A DNA stretch of 64,000 nt from positions 3,348,001-3,412,000 of the forward strand of contig NEEC01000011.1 of the NCBI GenBank assembly GCA_002189035.1, read 5' to 3'. This DNA is from Utricularia gibba (lineage: Eukaryota; Plantae; Magnoliophyta). The translations under genes were made by a program, and so were the position numbers. The notes under the pieces are model-generated. The model saw only the letters and a list, made by a program, of their open reading frames with translations. It was not told the origin of the DNA and did not search any database. This document shows, one piece after another, positions 1 through 13,200 of the stretch; positions within the stretch are counted from its first letter, which is position 1; the number at the start of each line of letters is the position of its first letter.

Positions 1-889
1 GTGTGAAATTTTTGTTTTTGAGGCGACCCTTACAATGCCACGGTGTGTTCCAACCCACACCTGATGCAGGCCTCGTGCACCATTCGTATTTTGTCGATAT
101 CTTGAAAACCGTGATGAGCCTTGTTGCACACGACACACCGTTTCGAAGCTCATTCCGAGGCGGTCATCTTCCGTTTTGAAGCTTTGTCGTCCGACGATGT
201 ATCAGAGCTCGAATTATTGCCTTATATTAGCCTTCAATTGTGCCACAAAGTGGCCACGACGTTCGCGATGATGCGACTCGGACTTCCGATTCGACGCGAA
301 TGGGATTTCTCGCTTTCAAACATATGGATTTCATTGGAAGGTGTGAAATTTTTGTTTTAGAGGCGATCCCTTACAATGCCACGGTTGTGTTCCAACCCAC
401 ACCTGATGCAGGCCTCGTGCACCATTCCGTATTTTATCGATATCTTGAAAACCGTGATGAGCCACGTTGCGCACGACACACCGTTTCGAAGCTCATTCCA
501 GGCGGTCATCTTCCGTTTTGAAGCTTCGTCGTCCGACAATATATCAGAGCTCGAATTATTGCCTTATATTAGCCTTCAATTGTGCCACAAAGTGGCCACG
601 ACGTTCGCGATGATGCGACCTCGGACTTCCGATTCGACGCGAATGGATTTCTCGCTTTCAAAAAACATATGATTTCATTGGAAGGTGTGAAATTTTTCGT
701 TTTTGAGGCGATCCCTTACAATGCCACGGTTGTGTTCCAACCCACACCTGATGCAGGCCTCGTGCACCATTCCGTATTTTGTCGATATCTTGAAAACCGT
801 GATGAGCCACGTTGCACACGACACACCGTTTCGAAGCTCATTCCAGGGTCATCTTCCGTTTTGAAGCTTCGTCGTCCGACAATATATCA

Positions 890-1235
890 GAGCTCGAATT
901 ATTGCCTTATATTAGCCTTCAATTGTGCCACAAAGTGGCCACGACGTTCGCGATGATGCGACCTCGGACTTCCGATTCGACGCGAATGGGATTTCTCGCA
1001 TTCAAGACATATGGATTTCATTGGAAGGTATGAAATTTTTGTTTTAGAGGCGAACCCTTACAATGCCACGGTTGTGTTCCAACCCACACCTGATGCAGGC
1101 CTCGTGCACCATTCCGTATTTTGTAAATATCTTGAAAACCGTGATGAGCCTTGTTGCACACGACACACCGTTTCGAAGCTCATTCCAGAGCGGTCATCTT
1201 CCGTTTTTGAAGCTTCGTCGTCCGACGATGTATCA
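890..1235. repeat. Reference full-length monomer (346 bp, P class)
   Basis: GAGCTC at 890 to the next at 1236 gives 346 bp with every variable site filled. The same length is seen at 46686-47031. Hand count: 76 G, 86 C (46.8% GC), 26 CpG. Confidence 0.9.
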
Positions 1236-4200
1236 GAGCTCGAATTATTGCCTTATATTAGCCTTCAATTGTGCCACAAAGTGGCCACGACGTTCGCGAT
1301 GATGCGACTCGGGCTTCCAATTCGACGCAAATGGATTTCTCGCTTGCAAAACATATGCATTTCATTGGAAGGTGTGAAATTTTTGTTTTTGAGGCGATCC
1401 CTTACAATGCCACGGTTGTGTTCCAACCCACACCTGATGCAGGCCTCGTGCACCATTCCGTATTTTATCGATATCTTGAAACCGTGATGAGCCACGTGCG
1501 ACGACACACGTTTCAAAGCTCATTTCAGGCGGTCATCTTCCGTTTTGGAAGCTTCGTCGTCCGACAATATATCAGAGCGAATTATTGCCTTATATTACCC
1601 TTCAATTGTGCCAAAAGTGGCCACGACGTTCGCGATGATGCGACCTCGGACTTCCGATTCGACGCGAATTGGATTTCTCGCTTCAAAACATATGATTTCA
1701 TTGGAAGGTGTGAAATTTTCGTTTTAGAGGCGATCCCTTACAATGCCACGTTGTGTTCCAACCCACACCTGATGCAGGCCTCGTGCACCATTCCGTATTT
1801 TGTCGATATCTTGAAAACCGTGATGAGCCACGTTGCGCACGACACACCGTTTCGAAGCTCATTCCAGGCGGTCATCTTCCGTTTTTGAAGCTTCGTCGTC
1901 CGACGATGTATCAGAGCTCGAATTATTGCCTTATATTAGCCTTCAATTGTGCCACAAAGTGGCCACGACGTTCGCGATGATGCGACTCGGGGCTTCCGAT
2001 TCGACGCAAATGTGATTTCTCGCTTGCAAAACATATGCATTTCATTGGAAGGTGTGAAATTTTTGTTTTTGAGGCGATCCCTTACAATGGCACGGTTGTG
2101 TTCCAACCCACACCTGATGCAGGCCTCGTGCACCATTCCGTATTTTATCGATATCTTGAAAACCGTGATGAGCCACGTTGCGCACGACACACCGTTTCGA
2201 AGCTCATTCAGGGCGGTCATCTTCCGTTTTGAAGCTTCGTCCGACAATATATCAGAGCTCGAATTATTGCCTTATATTACCCTTCAATTGTGCCACAAAG
2301 TGGCCACGACGTTCGCGATGATGCGACCTCGGACTTCCGATTCGACGCGAATGGGATTTCTCGCTTTCAAAACATATGGATTTCATTGGAAGGTGTGAAA
2401 TTTTTGTTTTGAGGCGATCCCTTACAATGCCACGGTGTGTTCCAACCACACCTGATGAAGGCCTCGTGCACCATTCCGTATTTTGTCGATATCTTGAAAA
2501 CCGTGATGAGCCTTGTTGCACACGACACACCGTTTCGAAGCTCATTCCGAGGCATCTTCCGTTTTGAAGCTTCGTCGTCCGACAATATATCAGAGCTCGA
2601 ATTATTGCCTTATATTAGCCTTCAATTGTGCCACAAAGTGGCCACGACGTTCGCGATGATGCGACTCGGACTTCCGATTCGACGCGAATGGATTTCTCGC
2701 TTCAAACATATGGATTTCATTGGAAGGTGTGAAATTTTTGTTTTAGAGGCGATCCCTTACAATGCCACGGTTGTGTTCCAACCCACACCTGATGCAGGCC
2801 TCGTGCACCATTCCGTATTTTGTCGATATCTTGAAAACCGTGATGAGCCACGTTGCACACGACACACCGTTTCGAAGCTCATTCCGAGGCGGTCATCTTC
2901 CGTTTTGAAGCTTCGTCGTTCGACAATATATCAGAGCTCGAATTATTGCCTTATATTAGCCTTCAATTGTGCCACAAAGTGGCCACGACGTTCGCGATGA
3001 TGCGACCTCGGACTTCCGATTCGACGCGAATGGATTTCTCGCTTCAAACATATGGATTTCATTGGAAGGTGTGAAATTTTTGTTTTAGAGGCGATCCCTT
3101 ACAATGCCACGGGTGTGTTCCAACCCACACCTGATGCAGGCCTCGTGCACCATTCCGTATTTTGTCGATATCTTGAAAACCGTGATGAGCCGTTGCACAC
3201 GACACACCGTTTCGAAGCTCATTCCAGAGCGGTCATCTTCCGTTTTTGAAGCTTCGTCGTCCGACGATGTATCAGAGCTCGAATTATTGCCTTATATTAG
3301 CCTTCAATTGTGCCACAAAGTGGCCACGACGTTCGCGATGATGCGACTCGGGCTTCCAATTCGACGCAAATGTGATTTCTCGCTTGCAAAACATATGCAT
3401 TTCATTGGAAGGTGTGAAATTTTTGTTTTGAGGCGATCCCTTACAATGGCACGGTTGTGTTCCAACCCACACCTGATGCAGGCCTCGTGCACCATTCCGT
3501 ATTTTATCGATATCTTGAAACCGTGATGAGCCACGTTGCGCACGACACACCGTTTCGAAGCTCATTCCAGGGCGGTCATCTTCCGTTTTGGAAGCTTCGT
3601 CGTCCGACAATATATCAGAGCTCGAATTATTGCCTTATATTAGCCTTCAATTGTGCCACAAAGTGGCCACGACGTTCGCGATGATGCGACCTCGGACTTC
3701 CGATTCGACGCGAATGGATTTCTCGCTTTCAAAACATATGCATTTCATTGGAAGGTGTGAAATTTTTCGTTTTGAGGCGATCCCTTACAATGCCACGGTT
3801 GTGTTCCAACCCACACCTGATGAAGGCCTCGTGCACCATTCCGTATTTTCTCGATATCTTGAAACCGTGATGAGCCACGTTGCGCACGACACACCGTTTC
3901 GAAGCTCATTCCAGGGCGGTCATCTTCCGTTTTTGAAGCTTCGTCGTCCGACAATATATCAGAGCTCGAATTATTGCCTTATATTACCTTCAATTGTGCC
4001 ACAAAGTGGCCACGACGTTCGCGATGATGCGACTCGGACTTCCGATTCGACGCAAATGGATTTCTCGCTTCAAAACATATGATTTCATTGGAAGGTGTGA
4101 AATTTTCGTTTTAGAGGCGATCCCTTACAATGCCACGTGTGTGTTCCAACCCACACCTGATGAAGGCCTCGTGCACCATTCCGTATTTTGTCGATATCTT

Positions 4201-7200
4201 GAAAACCGTGATGAGCCACGTTGCGCACGACACACCGTTTCGAAGCTCATTCCAGGCGGTCATCTTCCGTTTTGAAGCTTCGTCGTCCGACGATGTATCA
4301 GAGCTCGAATTATTGCCTTATATTAGCCTTCAATTGTGCCACAAAGTGGCCACGACGTTCGCGATGATGCGACTCGGGCTTCCGATTCGACGCAAATGTG
4401 ATTTCTCGCTTGCAAAACATATGCATTTCATTGGAAGGTGTGAAATTTTTTGTTTTTGAGGCGATCCCTTACAATGCCACGGTTGTGTTCCAACCCACAC
4501 CTGATGCAGGCCTCGTGCACCATTCCGTATTTTATCGATATCTTGAAAACCGTGATGAGCCACGTTGCGCACGACACACCGTTTCGAAGCTCATTCCAGG
4601 GCGGTCATCTTCCGTTTTGAAGCTTCGTCCGACAATATATCAGAGCTCGAATTATTGCCTTATATTAGCCTTCAATTGTGCCACAAAGTGGCCACGACGT
4701 TCGCGATGATGCGACCTCGGACTTCCGATTCGACGCGAATGGATTTCTCGCATTCAAGACATATGATTTCATTGGAAGGTATGAAATTTTTGTTTTAGAG
4801 GCGAACCCTTACAATGCCACGGTGTGTTCCAACCCACACCTGATGCAGGCCTCGTGCACCATTCCGTATTTTGTAAATATCTTGAAAACCGTGATGAGCC
4901 TTGTTGCACACGACACACCGTTTCGAAGCTCATTCCAGAGCGGTCATCTTCCGTTTTTGAAGCTTCGTCGTCCGACGATGTATCAGAGCTCGAATTATTG
5001 CCTTATATTAGCCTTCAATTGTGCCACAAAGTGGCCACGACGTCGCGATGATGCGACTCGGGCTTCCAATTCGACGCAAATGTGATTTCTCGCTTGCAAA
5101 AGATATGCATTTCATTGGAAGGTGTGAAATTTTTGTTTTGAGGCGATCCCTTACAATGGCACGGTTGTGTTCCAACCCACACCTGATGCAGGCCTCGTGC
5201 ACCATTCCGTATTTTTCGATATCTTGAAACCGTGATGAGCCACGTTGCACGACACACCGTTTCGAAGCTCATTCAGGGCGGTCATCTTCCGTTTTGAAGC
5301 TTCGTCCGACAATATATCAGAGCTCGAATTTATTGCCTTATATTAGCCTTCAATTGTGCCAAAAAGTGGCCACGACGTTCGCGATGATGCGACCTCGGAC
5401 TTCCGATTCGACGCGAATGGATTTCTCGCTTTCAAAACATATGCATTTCATTGGAAGGTGTGAAATTTTTTTGTTTTTGAGGCGATCCCTTACAATGCCA
5501 CGGTGTGTTCCAACCCACACCTGATGCAGGCCTCGTGCACCATTCCGTATTTTGTCGATATCTTGAAACCGTGATGAGCCACGTTGCGCACGACACACCG
5601 TTTCGAAGCTCATTCCAGGGCGGTCATCTTCCGTTTTGAAGCTTGTCGTCCGACAATATATCAGAGCTCGAATTATTGCCTTATATTAGCCTTCAATTGT
5701 GCCACAAAGTGGCCACGACGTTCGCGATGATGCGACTCGGGGCTTCCGATTCGACGCAAATGTGATTTCTCGCTTGCAAAACATATGCATTTCATTGGAA
5801 GGTGTGAAATTTCGTTTTTAGAGGCGATCCCTTACAATGCCACGGTTGTGTTCCAACCCACACCTGATGCAGGCCTCGTGCACCATTCCGTATTTTATAT
5901 CTTGAAAACCGTGATGAGCCGTTGCACACGACACACCGTTTCGAAGCTCATTCCAGGGCGGTCATCTTCCGTTTTTGAAGCTTCGTCGTCCGACAATATA
6001 TCAGAGCTCGAATTATTGCCTTATATTAGCCTTCAATTGTGCCACAAAGTGGCCACGACGTTCGCGATGATGCGACTCGGACTTCCGATTCGACGCGAAT
6101 GGATTTCTCGCTTCAAAACATATGGATTTCATTGGAAGGTGTGAAATTTTGTTTTAGAGGCGATCCCTTACAATGCACGGTGTGTTCCAACCCACACCTG
6201 ATGAAGGCCTCGTGCACCATTCCGTATTTTGTCGATATCTTGAAAACCGTGATGAGCCCGTTGCGCACGACACACCGTTTCGAAGCTCATTCCAGAGCGG
6301 TCATCTTCCGTTTTTGAAGCTTCGTCGTCCGACGATGTATCAGAGCTCGAATTATTGCCTTATATTAGCCTTCAATTGTGCCACAAAGTGGCACGACGTC
6401 GCGATGATGCGACTCGGGGCTTCCGATTCGACGCAAATGGATTTCTCGCTTCAAAACATATGCATTTCATTGGAAGGTGTGAAATTTTTGTTTTTGAGGC
6501 GATCCCTTACAATGCCACGGTTGTGTTCCAACCCACACCTGATGCAGGCCTCGTGCACCATTCCGTATTTTATCGATATCTTGAAAACCGTGATGAGCCA
6601 CGTTGCGCACGACACACCGTTTCGAAGCTCATTTCAGGGCGGTCATCTTCCGTTTTGGAAGCTTCGTCGTCCGACAATATATCAGAGCTCGAATTATTGC
6701 CTTATATTAGCCTTCAATTGTGCCACTGGCCACGACGTTCGCGATGATGCGACCTCGGACTTCCGATTCGACGCGAATGGATTTCTCGCTTTCAAAACAT
6801 ATGCATTTCATTGGAAGGTGTGAAATTTTTCGTTTTTTGAGGCGATCCCTTACAATGCCACGGTTGTGTTCCAACCCACACCTGATGAAGGCCTCGTGCA
6901 CCATTCCGTATTTTTCGATATCTTGAAACCGTGATGAGCCACGTTGCGCACGACACACCGTTTCGAAGCTCATTCCAGGCGGTCATCTTCCGTTTTTGAA
7001 GCTTCGTCGTCCGACAATATATCAGAGCTCGAATTATTGCCTTATATTAGCCTTCAATTGTGCCACAAAGTGGCCACGACGTTCGCGATGATGCGACCTC
7101 GGACTTCCGATTCGACGCAAATGGATTTCTCGCTTCAAAACATATGCATTTCATTGGAAGGTGTGAAATTTTCGTTTTAGAGGCGATCCCTTACAATGCC

Positions 7201-10200
7201 ACGGTGTGTTCCAACCCACACCTGATGCAGGCCTCGTGCACCATTCCGTATTTTGTCGATATCTTAAAACCGTGATGAGCCACGTTGCGCACGACACACC
7301 GTTTCGAAGCTCATTCCAGAGCGGTCATCTTCCGTTTTTGAAGCTTCGTCGTCCGACGATGTATCAGAGCTCGAATTATTGCCTTATATTAGCCTTCAAT
7401 TGTGCCACAAAGTGGCCACGACGTTCGCGATGATGCGACTCGGGCTTCCAATTCGACGCAAATGTGATTTCTCGCTTGCAAAACATATGCATTTCATTGG
7501 AAGGTGAAATTTTTGTTTTTGAGGCGATCCCTTACAATGCCACGGTTGTGTTCCAACCCACACCTGATGCAGGCCTCGTGCACCATTCCGTATTTTATCG
7601 ATATCTTGAAACCGTGATGAGCCACGTTGCGCACGACACACCGTTTCGAAGCTCATTCCAGGCGGTCATCTTCCGTTTTGAAGCTTCGTCGTCCGACAAT
7701 ATATCAGAGCTCGAATTATTGCCTTATATTACCCTTCAATTGTGCCACAAAGTGGCCACGACGTTCGCGATGATGCGACTCGGACTTCCGATTCGACGCG
7801 AATGGGATTTCTCGCTTTCAAAACATATGGATTTCATTGGAAGGTGTGAAATTTTTGTTTTGAGGCGATCCCTTACAATGCCACGGTGTGTTCCAACCAC
7901 ACACCTGATGCAGGCCTCGTGCACCATTCCGTATTTTGTCGATATCTTGAAAACCGTGATGAGCCTGCACACGACACGTTTCGAAGCTCATTCCGAGGCG
8001 GTCATCTTCCGTTTGAAGCTTTTGTCGTTCGACAATATATCAGAGCTCGAATTATTGCCTTATATTAGCCTTCAATTGTGCCACAAAGTGGCCACGACGT
8101 TCGCGATGATGCGACCTCGGACTTCCGATTCGACGCGAATGGGTTTTCTCGCATTCAAGACATATGGATTTCATTGGAAGGTATGAAATTTTTGTTTTAG
8201 AGGCGAACCCTTACAATGCCACGGTGTGTTCCAACCCACACCTGATGCAGGCCTCGTGCACCATTCCGTATTTTGATATCTTGAAAACCGTGATGAGCCA
8301 CGTTGCACACGACACACCGTTTCGAAGCTCATTCCAGGCGGTCATCTTCCGTTTTTGAAGCTTCGTCGTCCGACGATGTATCAGAGATCGAATTATTGCC
8401 TTATATTAGCCTTCAATTGTGCCACAAAGTGGCCACGACGTTCGCGATGATGCGACCTCGGACTTCCGATTCGACGCGAATGGTTTTCTCGCTTCAAACA
8501 TATGATTTCATTGGAAGGTGTGAAATTTTGTTTTAGAGGCGCCTTACAATGCCACGGTTGTGTTCCAACCCACACCTGATGCAGGCCTCGTGCACCATTC
8601 CGTATTTTGTAAATATCTTGAAAACCGTGATGAGCCTTGTTGCACACGACACACCGTTTCGAAGCTCATTCCAGAGGGTCATCTTCCGTTTTTGAAGCTT
8701 CGTCGTCCGACGATGTATCAGAGCTCGAATTATTGCCTTATATTAGCCTTCAATTGTGCCACAAAGTGGCCACGACGTCGCGATGATGCGACTCGGGCTT
8801 CCAATTCGACGCAAATGTGATTTCTCGCTTGCAAAACATATGCATTTCATTGGAAGGTGTGAAATTTTTGTTTTGAGGCGATCCCTTACAATGCCACGGT
8901 TGTGTTCCAACCCACACCTGATGCAGGCCTCGTGCACCATTCCGTATTTTATCGATATCTTGAAAACCGTGATGAGCCACGTTGCACGACACACCGTTTC
9001 GAAGCTCATTCCAGGGCGGTCATCTTCCGTTTTGAAGCTTCGTCGTCCGACGATGTATCAGAGCTCGAATTATTGCCTTATATTAGCCTTCAATTGTGCC
9101 ACAAAGTGGCCACGACGTTCGCGATGATGCGACCTCGGACTTCCGATTCGACGCGAATGGGATTTCTCGCTTTCAAAACATATGATTTCATTGGAAGGTG
9201 TGAAATTTTTGTTTTTGAGGCGATCCCTTACAATGCCACGGTTGTGTTCCAACCCACACCTGATGCAGGCCTCGTGCACCATTCCGTATTTTGTCGATAT
9301 CTTGAAAACCGTGATGAGCCACGTTGCGCACGACACACCGTTTCGAAGCTCATTCCAGGGCGGTCATCTTCCGTTTTTGAAGCTTCGTCGTCCGACGATG
9401 TATCAGATCGAATTATTGCCTTATATTAGCCTTCAATTGTGCCACAAAGTGGCCACGACGTCGCGATGATGCGACCTCGGACTTCCGATTCGACGCGAAT
9501 GGGTTTTCTCGCTTCAAGACATATGGATTTCATTGGAAGGTATGAAATTTTTGTTTTAGAGGCGAACCCTTACAATGCACGGTGTGTTCCAACCCACACC
9601 TGATGCAGGCCTCGTGCACCATTCCGTATTTTGTCGATATCTTGAAAACCGTGATGAGCCTTGTTGCACACGACACACCGTTTCGAAGCTCATTCCAGGC
9701 GGTCATCTTCCGTTTTGAAGCTTCGTCGTTCGACAATATATCAGAGCTCGAATTATTGCCTTATATTAGCCTTCAATTGTGCCACAAAGTGGCCACGACG
9801 TTCGCGATGATGCGACCTCGGACTTCCGATTCGACGCGAATGGGATTTCTCGCTTCAAACATATGGATTTCATTGGAAGGTGTGAAATTTTTGTTTTAGA
9901 GGCGATCCCTTACAATGCCACGGTTGTGTTCCAACCCACACCTGATGCAGGCCTCGTGCACCATTCCGTATTTTATCGATATCTTGAAAACCGTGATGAG
10001 CCACGTTGCACACGACACACCGTTTCGAAGCTCATTCCGAGGCGGTCATCTTCCGTTTGAAGCTTCGTCGTTCGACAATATATCAGAGCTCGAATTATTG
10101 CCTTATATTAGCCTTCAATTGTGCCACAAAGTGGCCACGACGTTCGCGATGATGCGACCTCGGACTTCCGATTCGACGCGAATGGGTTTTCTCGCTTCAA

Positions 10201-13200
10201 ACATATGGATTTCATTGGAAGGTATGAAATTTTGTTTTAGAGGCGATCCCTTACAATGCCACGGTTGTGTTCCAACCCACACCTGATGCAGGCCTCGTGC
10301 ACCATTCCGTATTTTGGATATCTTGAAAACCGTGATGAGCCTTGTTGCACACGACACACCGTTTCGAAGCTCATTCCGAGCGGTCATCTTCCGTTTTTGA
10401 AGCTTCGTCGTCCGACGATGTATCAGAGCTCGAATTATTGCCTTATATTAGCCTTCAATTGTGCCACAAAGTGGCCACGACGTTCGCGATGATGCGACTC
10501 GGGGCTTCCAATTCGACGCAAATGTGATTTCTCGCTTGCAAAAAACATATGCATTTCATTGGAAGGTGTGAAATTTTTGTTTTAGAGGCGATCCCTTACA
10601 ATGCCACGGTGTGTTCCAACCCACACCTGATGCAGGCCTCGTGCACCATTCCGTATTTTCGATATCTTGAAAACCGTGATGAGCCGTTGCACACGACACA
10701 CCGTTTCGAAGCTCATTCCAGGCGGTCATCTTCCGTTTTTGAAGCTTCGTCGTCCGACGATGTATCAGAGCTCGAATTATTGCCTTATATTAGCCTTCAA
10801 TTGTGCCACAAAGTGGCCACGACGTTCGCGATGATGCGACTCGGGCTTCCGATTCGACGCGAATGTGATTTCTCGCTTCAAACATATGCATTTCATTGGA
10901 AGGTGTGAAATTTTTGTTTTGAGGCGATCCCTTACAATGCCACGGTTGTGTTCCAACCACACCTGATGCAGGCCTCGTGCACCATTCCGTATTTTATCGA
11001 TATCTTGAAAACCGTGATGAGCCACGTTGCACACGACACACCGTTTCGAAGCTCATTCAGGGGTCATCTTCCGTTTTGAAGCTTCGTCGTCCGACGATGT
11101 ATCAGAGCTCGAATTATTGCCTTATATTAGCCTTCAATTGTGCCACAAAGTGGCCACGACGTTCGCGATGATGCGACCTCGGACTTCCGATTCGACGCGA
11201 ATTGGATTTCTCGCTTTCAAAAACATATGCATTTCATTGGAAGGTGTGAAATTTTTCGTTTTTGAGGCGATCCCTTACAATGCCACGGTTGTGTTCCAAC
11301 CCACACCTGATGCAGGCCTCGTGCACCATTCCGTATTTTTCTCGATATCTTGAAACCGTGATGAGCCACGTTGCGCACGACACACCGTTTCGAAGCTCAT
11401 TCCAGGGCGGTCATCTTCCGTTTTTGAAGCTTCGTCGTCCGACGATGTATCAGAGCTCGAATTATTGCCTTATATTAGCCTTCAATTGTGCCACAAAGTG
11501 GCCACGACGTTCGCGATGATGCGACTCGGACTTCCGATTCGACGCGAATGGGTTTTCTCGCTTTCAAGACATATGGATTTCATTGGAAGGTGTGAAATTT
11601 TTGTTTTAGAGGCGAACCCTTACAATGCCACGGTGTGTTCCAACCCACACCTGATGCAGGCCTCGTGCACCATTCCGTATTTTGTAAATATCTTGAAAAC
11701 CGTGATGAGCCTTGTTGCACACGACACACCGTTTCGAAGCTCATTCCGAGGCGGTCATCTTCCGTTTTGAAGCTTCGTCGTCCGACAATATATCAGAGCT
11801 CGAATTATTGCCTTATATTAGCCTTCAATTGTGCCACAAAGTGGCCACGACGTTCGCGATGATGCGACCTCGGACTTCCGATTCGACGCGAATGGGTTTT
11901 CTCGCTTCAAAACATATGGATTTCATTGGAAGGTGTGAAATTTTTGTTTTAGAGGCGAACCCTTACAATGCCACGGTTGTGTTCCAACCCACACCTGATG
12001 CAGGCCTCGTGCACCATTCCGTATTTTCGATATCTTGAAAACCGTGATGAGCCGTTGCACACGACACACCGTTTCGAAGCTCATTCCAGGCGGTCATCTT
12101 CCGTTTTTGAAGCTTCGTCGTCCGACGATGTATCAGAGCTCGAATTATTGCCTTATATTAGCCTTCAATTGTGCCACAAAGTGGCCACGACGTTCGCGAT
12201 GATGCGACTCGGGCTTCCGATTCGACGCGAATGGATTTCTCGCTTGCAAAACATATGCATTTCATTGGAAGGTGTGAAATTTTTGTTTTAGAGGCGACCC
12301 TTACAATGCCACGGTTGTGTTCCAACCCACACCTGATGCAGGCCTCGTGCACCATTCCGTATTTTGTCGATATCTTGAAAACCGTGATGAGCCTTGTTGC
12401 ACACGACACACCGTTTCGAAGCTCATTCCGAGGCGGTCATCTTCCGTTTTGAAGCTTTGTCGTCGACAATATATCAGAGCTCGAATTATTGCCTTATATT
12501 AGCCTTCAATTGTGCCACAAAGTGGCCACGACGTTCGCGATGATGCGACCTCGGACTTCCGATTCGACGCGAATGGGATTTCTCGCTTCAAACATATGGA
12601 TTTCATTGGAAGGTGTGAAATTTTTGTTTTGAGGCGATCCCTTACAATGCCACGGTTGTGTTCCAACCCACACCTGATGCAGGCCTCGTGCACCATTCCG
12701 TATTTTATCGATATCTTGAAAACCGTGATGAGCCTTTGCACACGACACACCGTTTCGAAGCTCATTCCAGCGGTCATCTTCCGTTTTTGAAGCTTCGTCG
12801 TCCGACGATGTATCAGAGCTCGAATTATTGCCTTATATTAGCCTTCAATTGTGCCACAAAGTGGCCACGACGTTCGCGATGATGCGACCTCGGACTTCCG
12901 ATTCGACGCGAATGGGTTTTCTCGCTTCAAACATATGGATTTCATTGGAAGGTATGAAATTTTTGTTTTAGAGGCGAACCCTTACAATGCCACGGTTGTG
13001 TTCCAACCCACACCTGATGCAGGCCTCGTGCACCATTCCGTATTTTGTATATCTTGAAAACCGTGATGAGCCGTTGCACACGACACACCGTTTCGAAGCT
13101 CATTCCAGAGCGGTCATCTTCCGTTTTTGAAGCTTCGTCGTCCGACGATGTATCAGAGCTCGAATTATTGCCTTATATTAGCCTTCAATTGTGCCACAAA

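Noticed and set aside
289-305. ATTCGACGCGAATGGGA matches 7 of 9 critical CENP-B-box bases
   Set aside because: A match of at least 7/9 has probability ~1.3e-3 per position, so about one is expected per monomer over both strands. It lacks A10 and C13.
890-1235. Tandem RNA gene array (5S rRNA, tRNA/SINE, spliced-leader or snRNA) with Pol III boxes
   Set aside because: Only partial B-box-like strings occur (ATTCGACGC, TTTCGAAGC). I see no matching A box, cloverleaf, 5S sequence, SL exon or Sm site.
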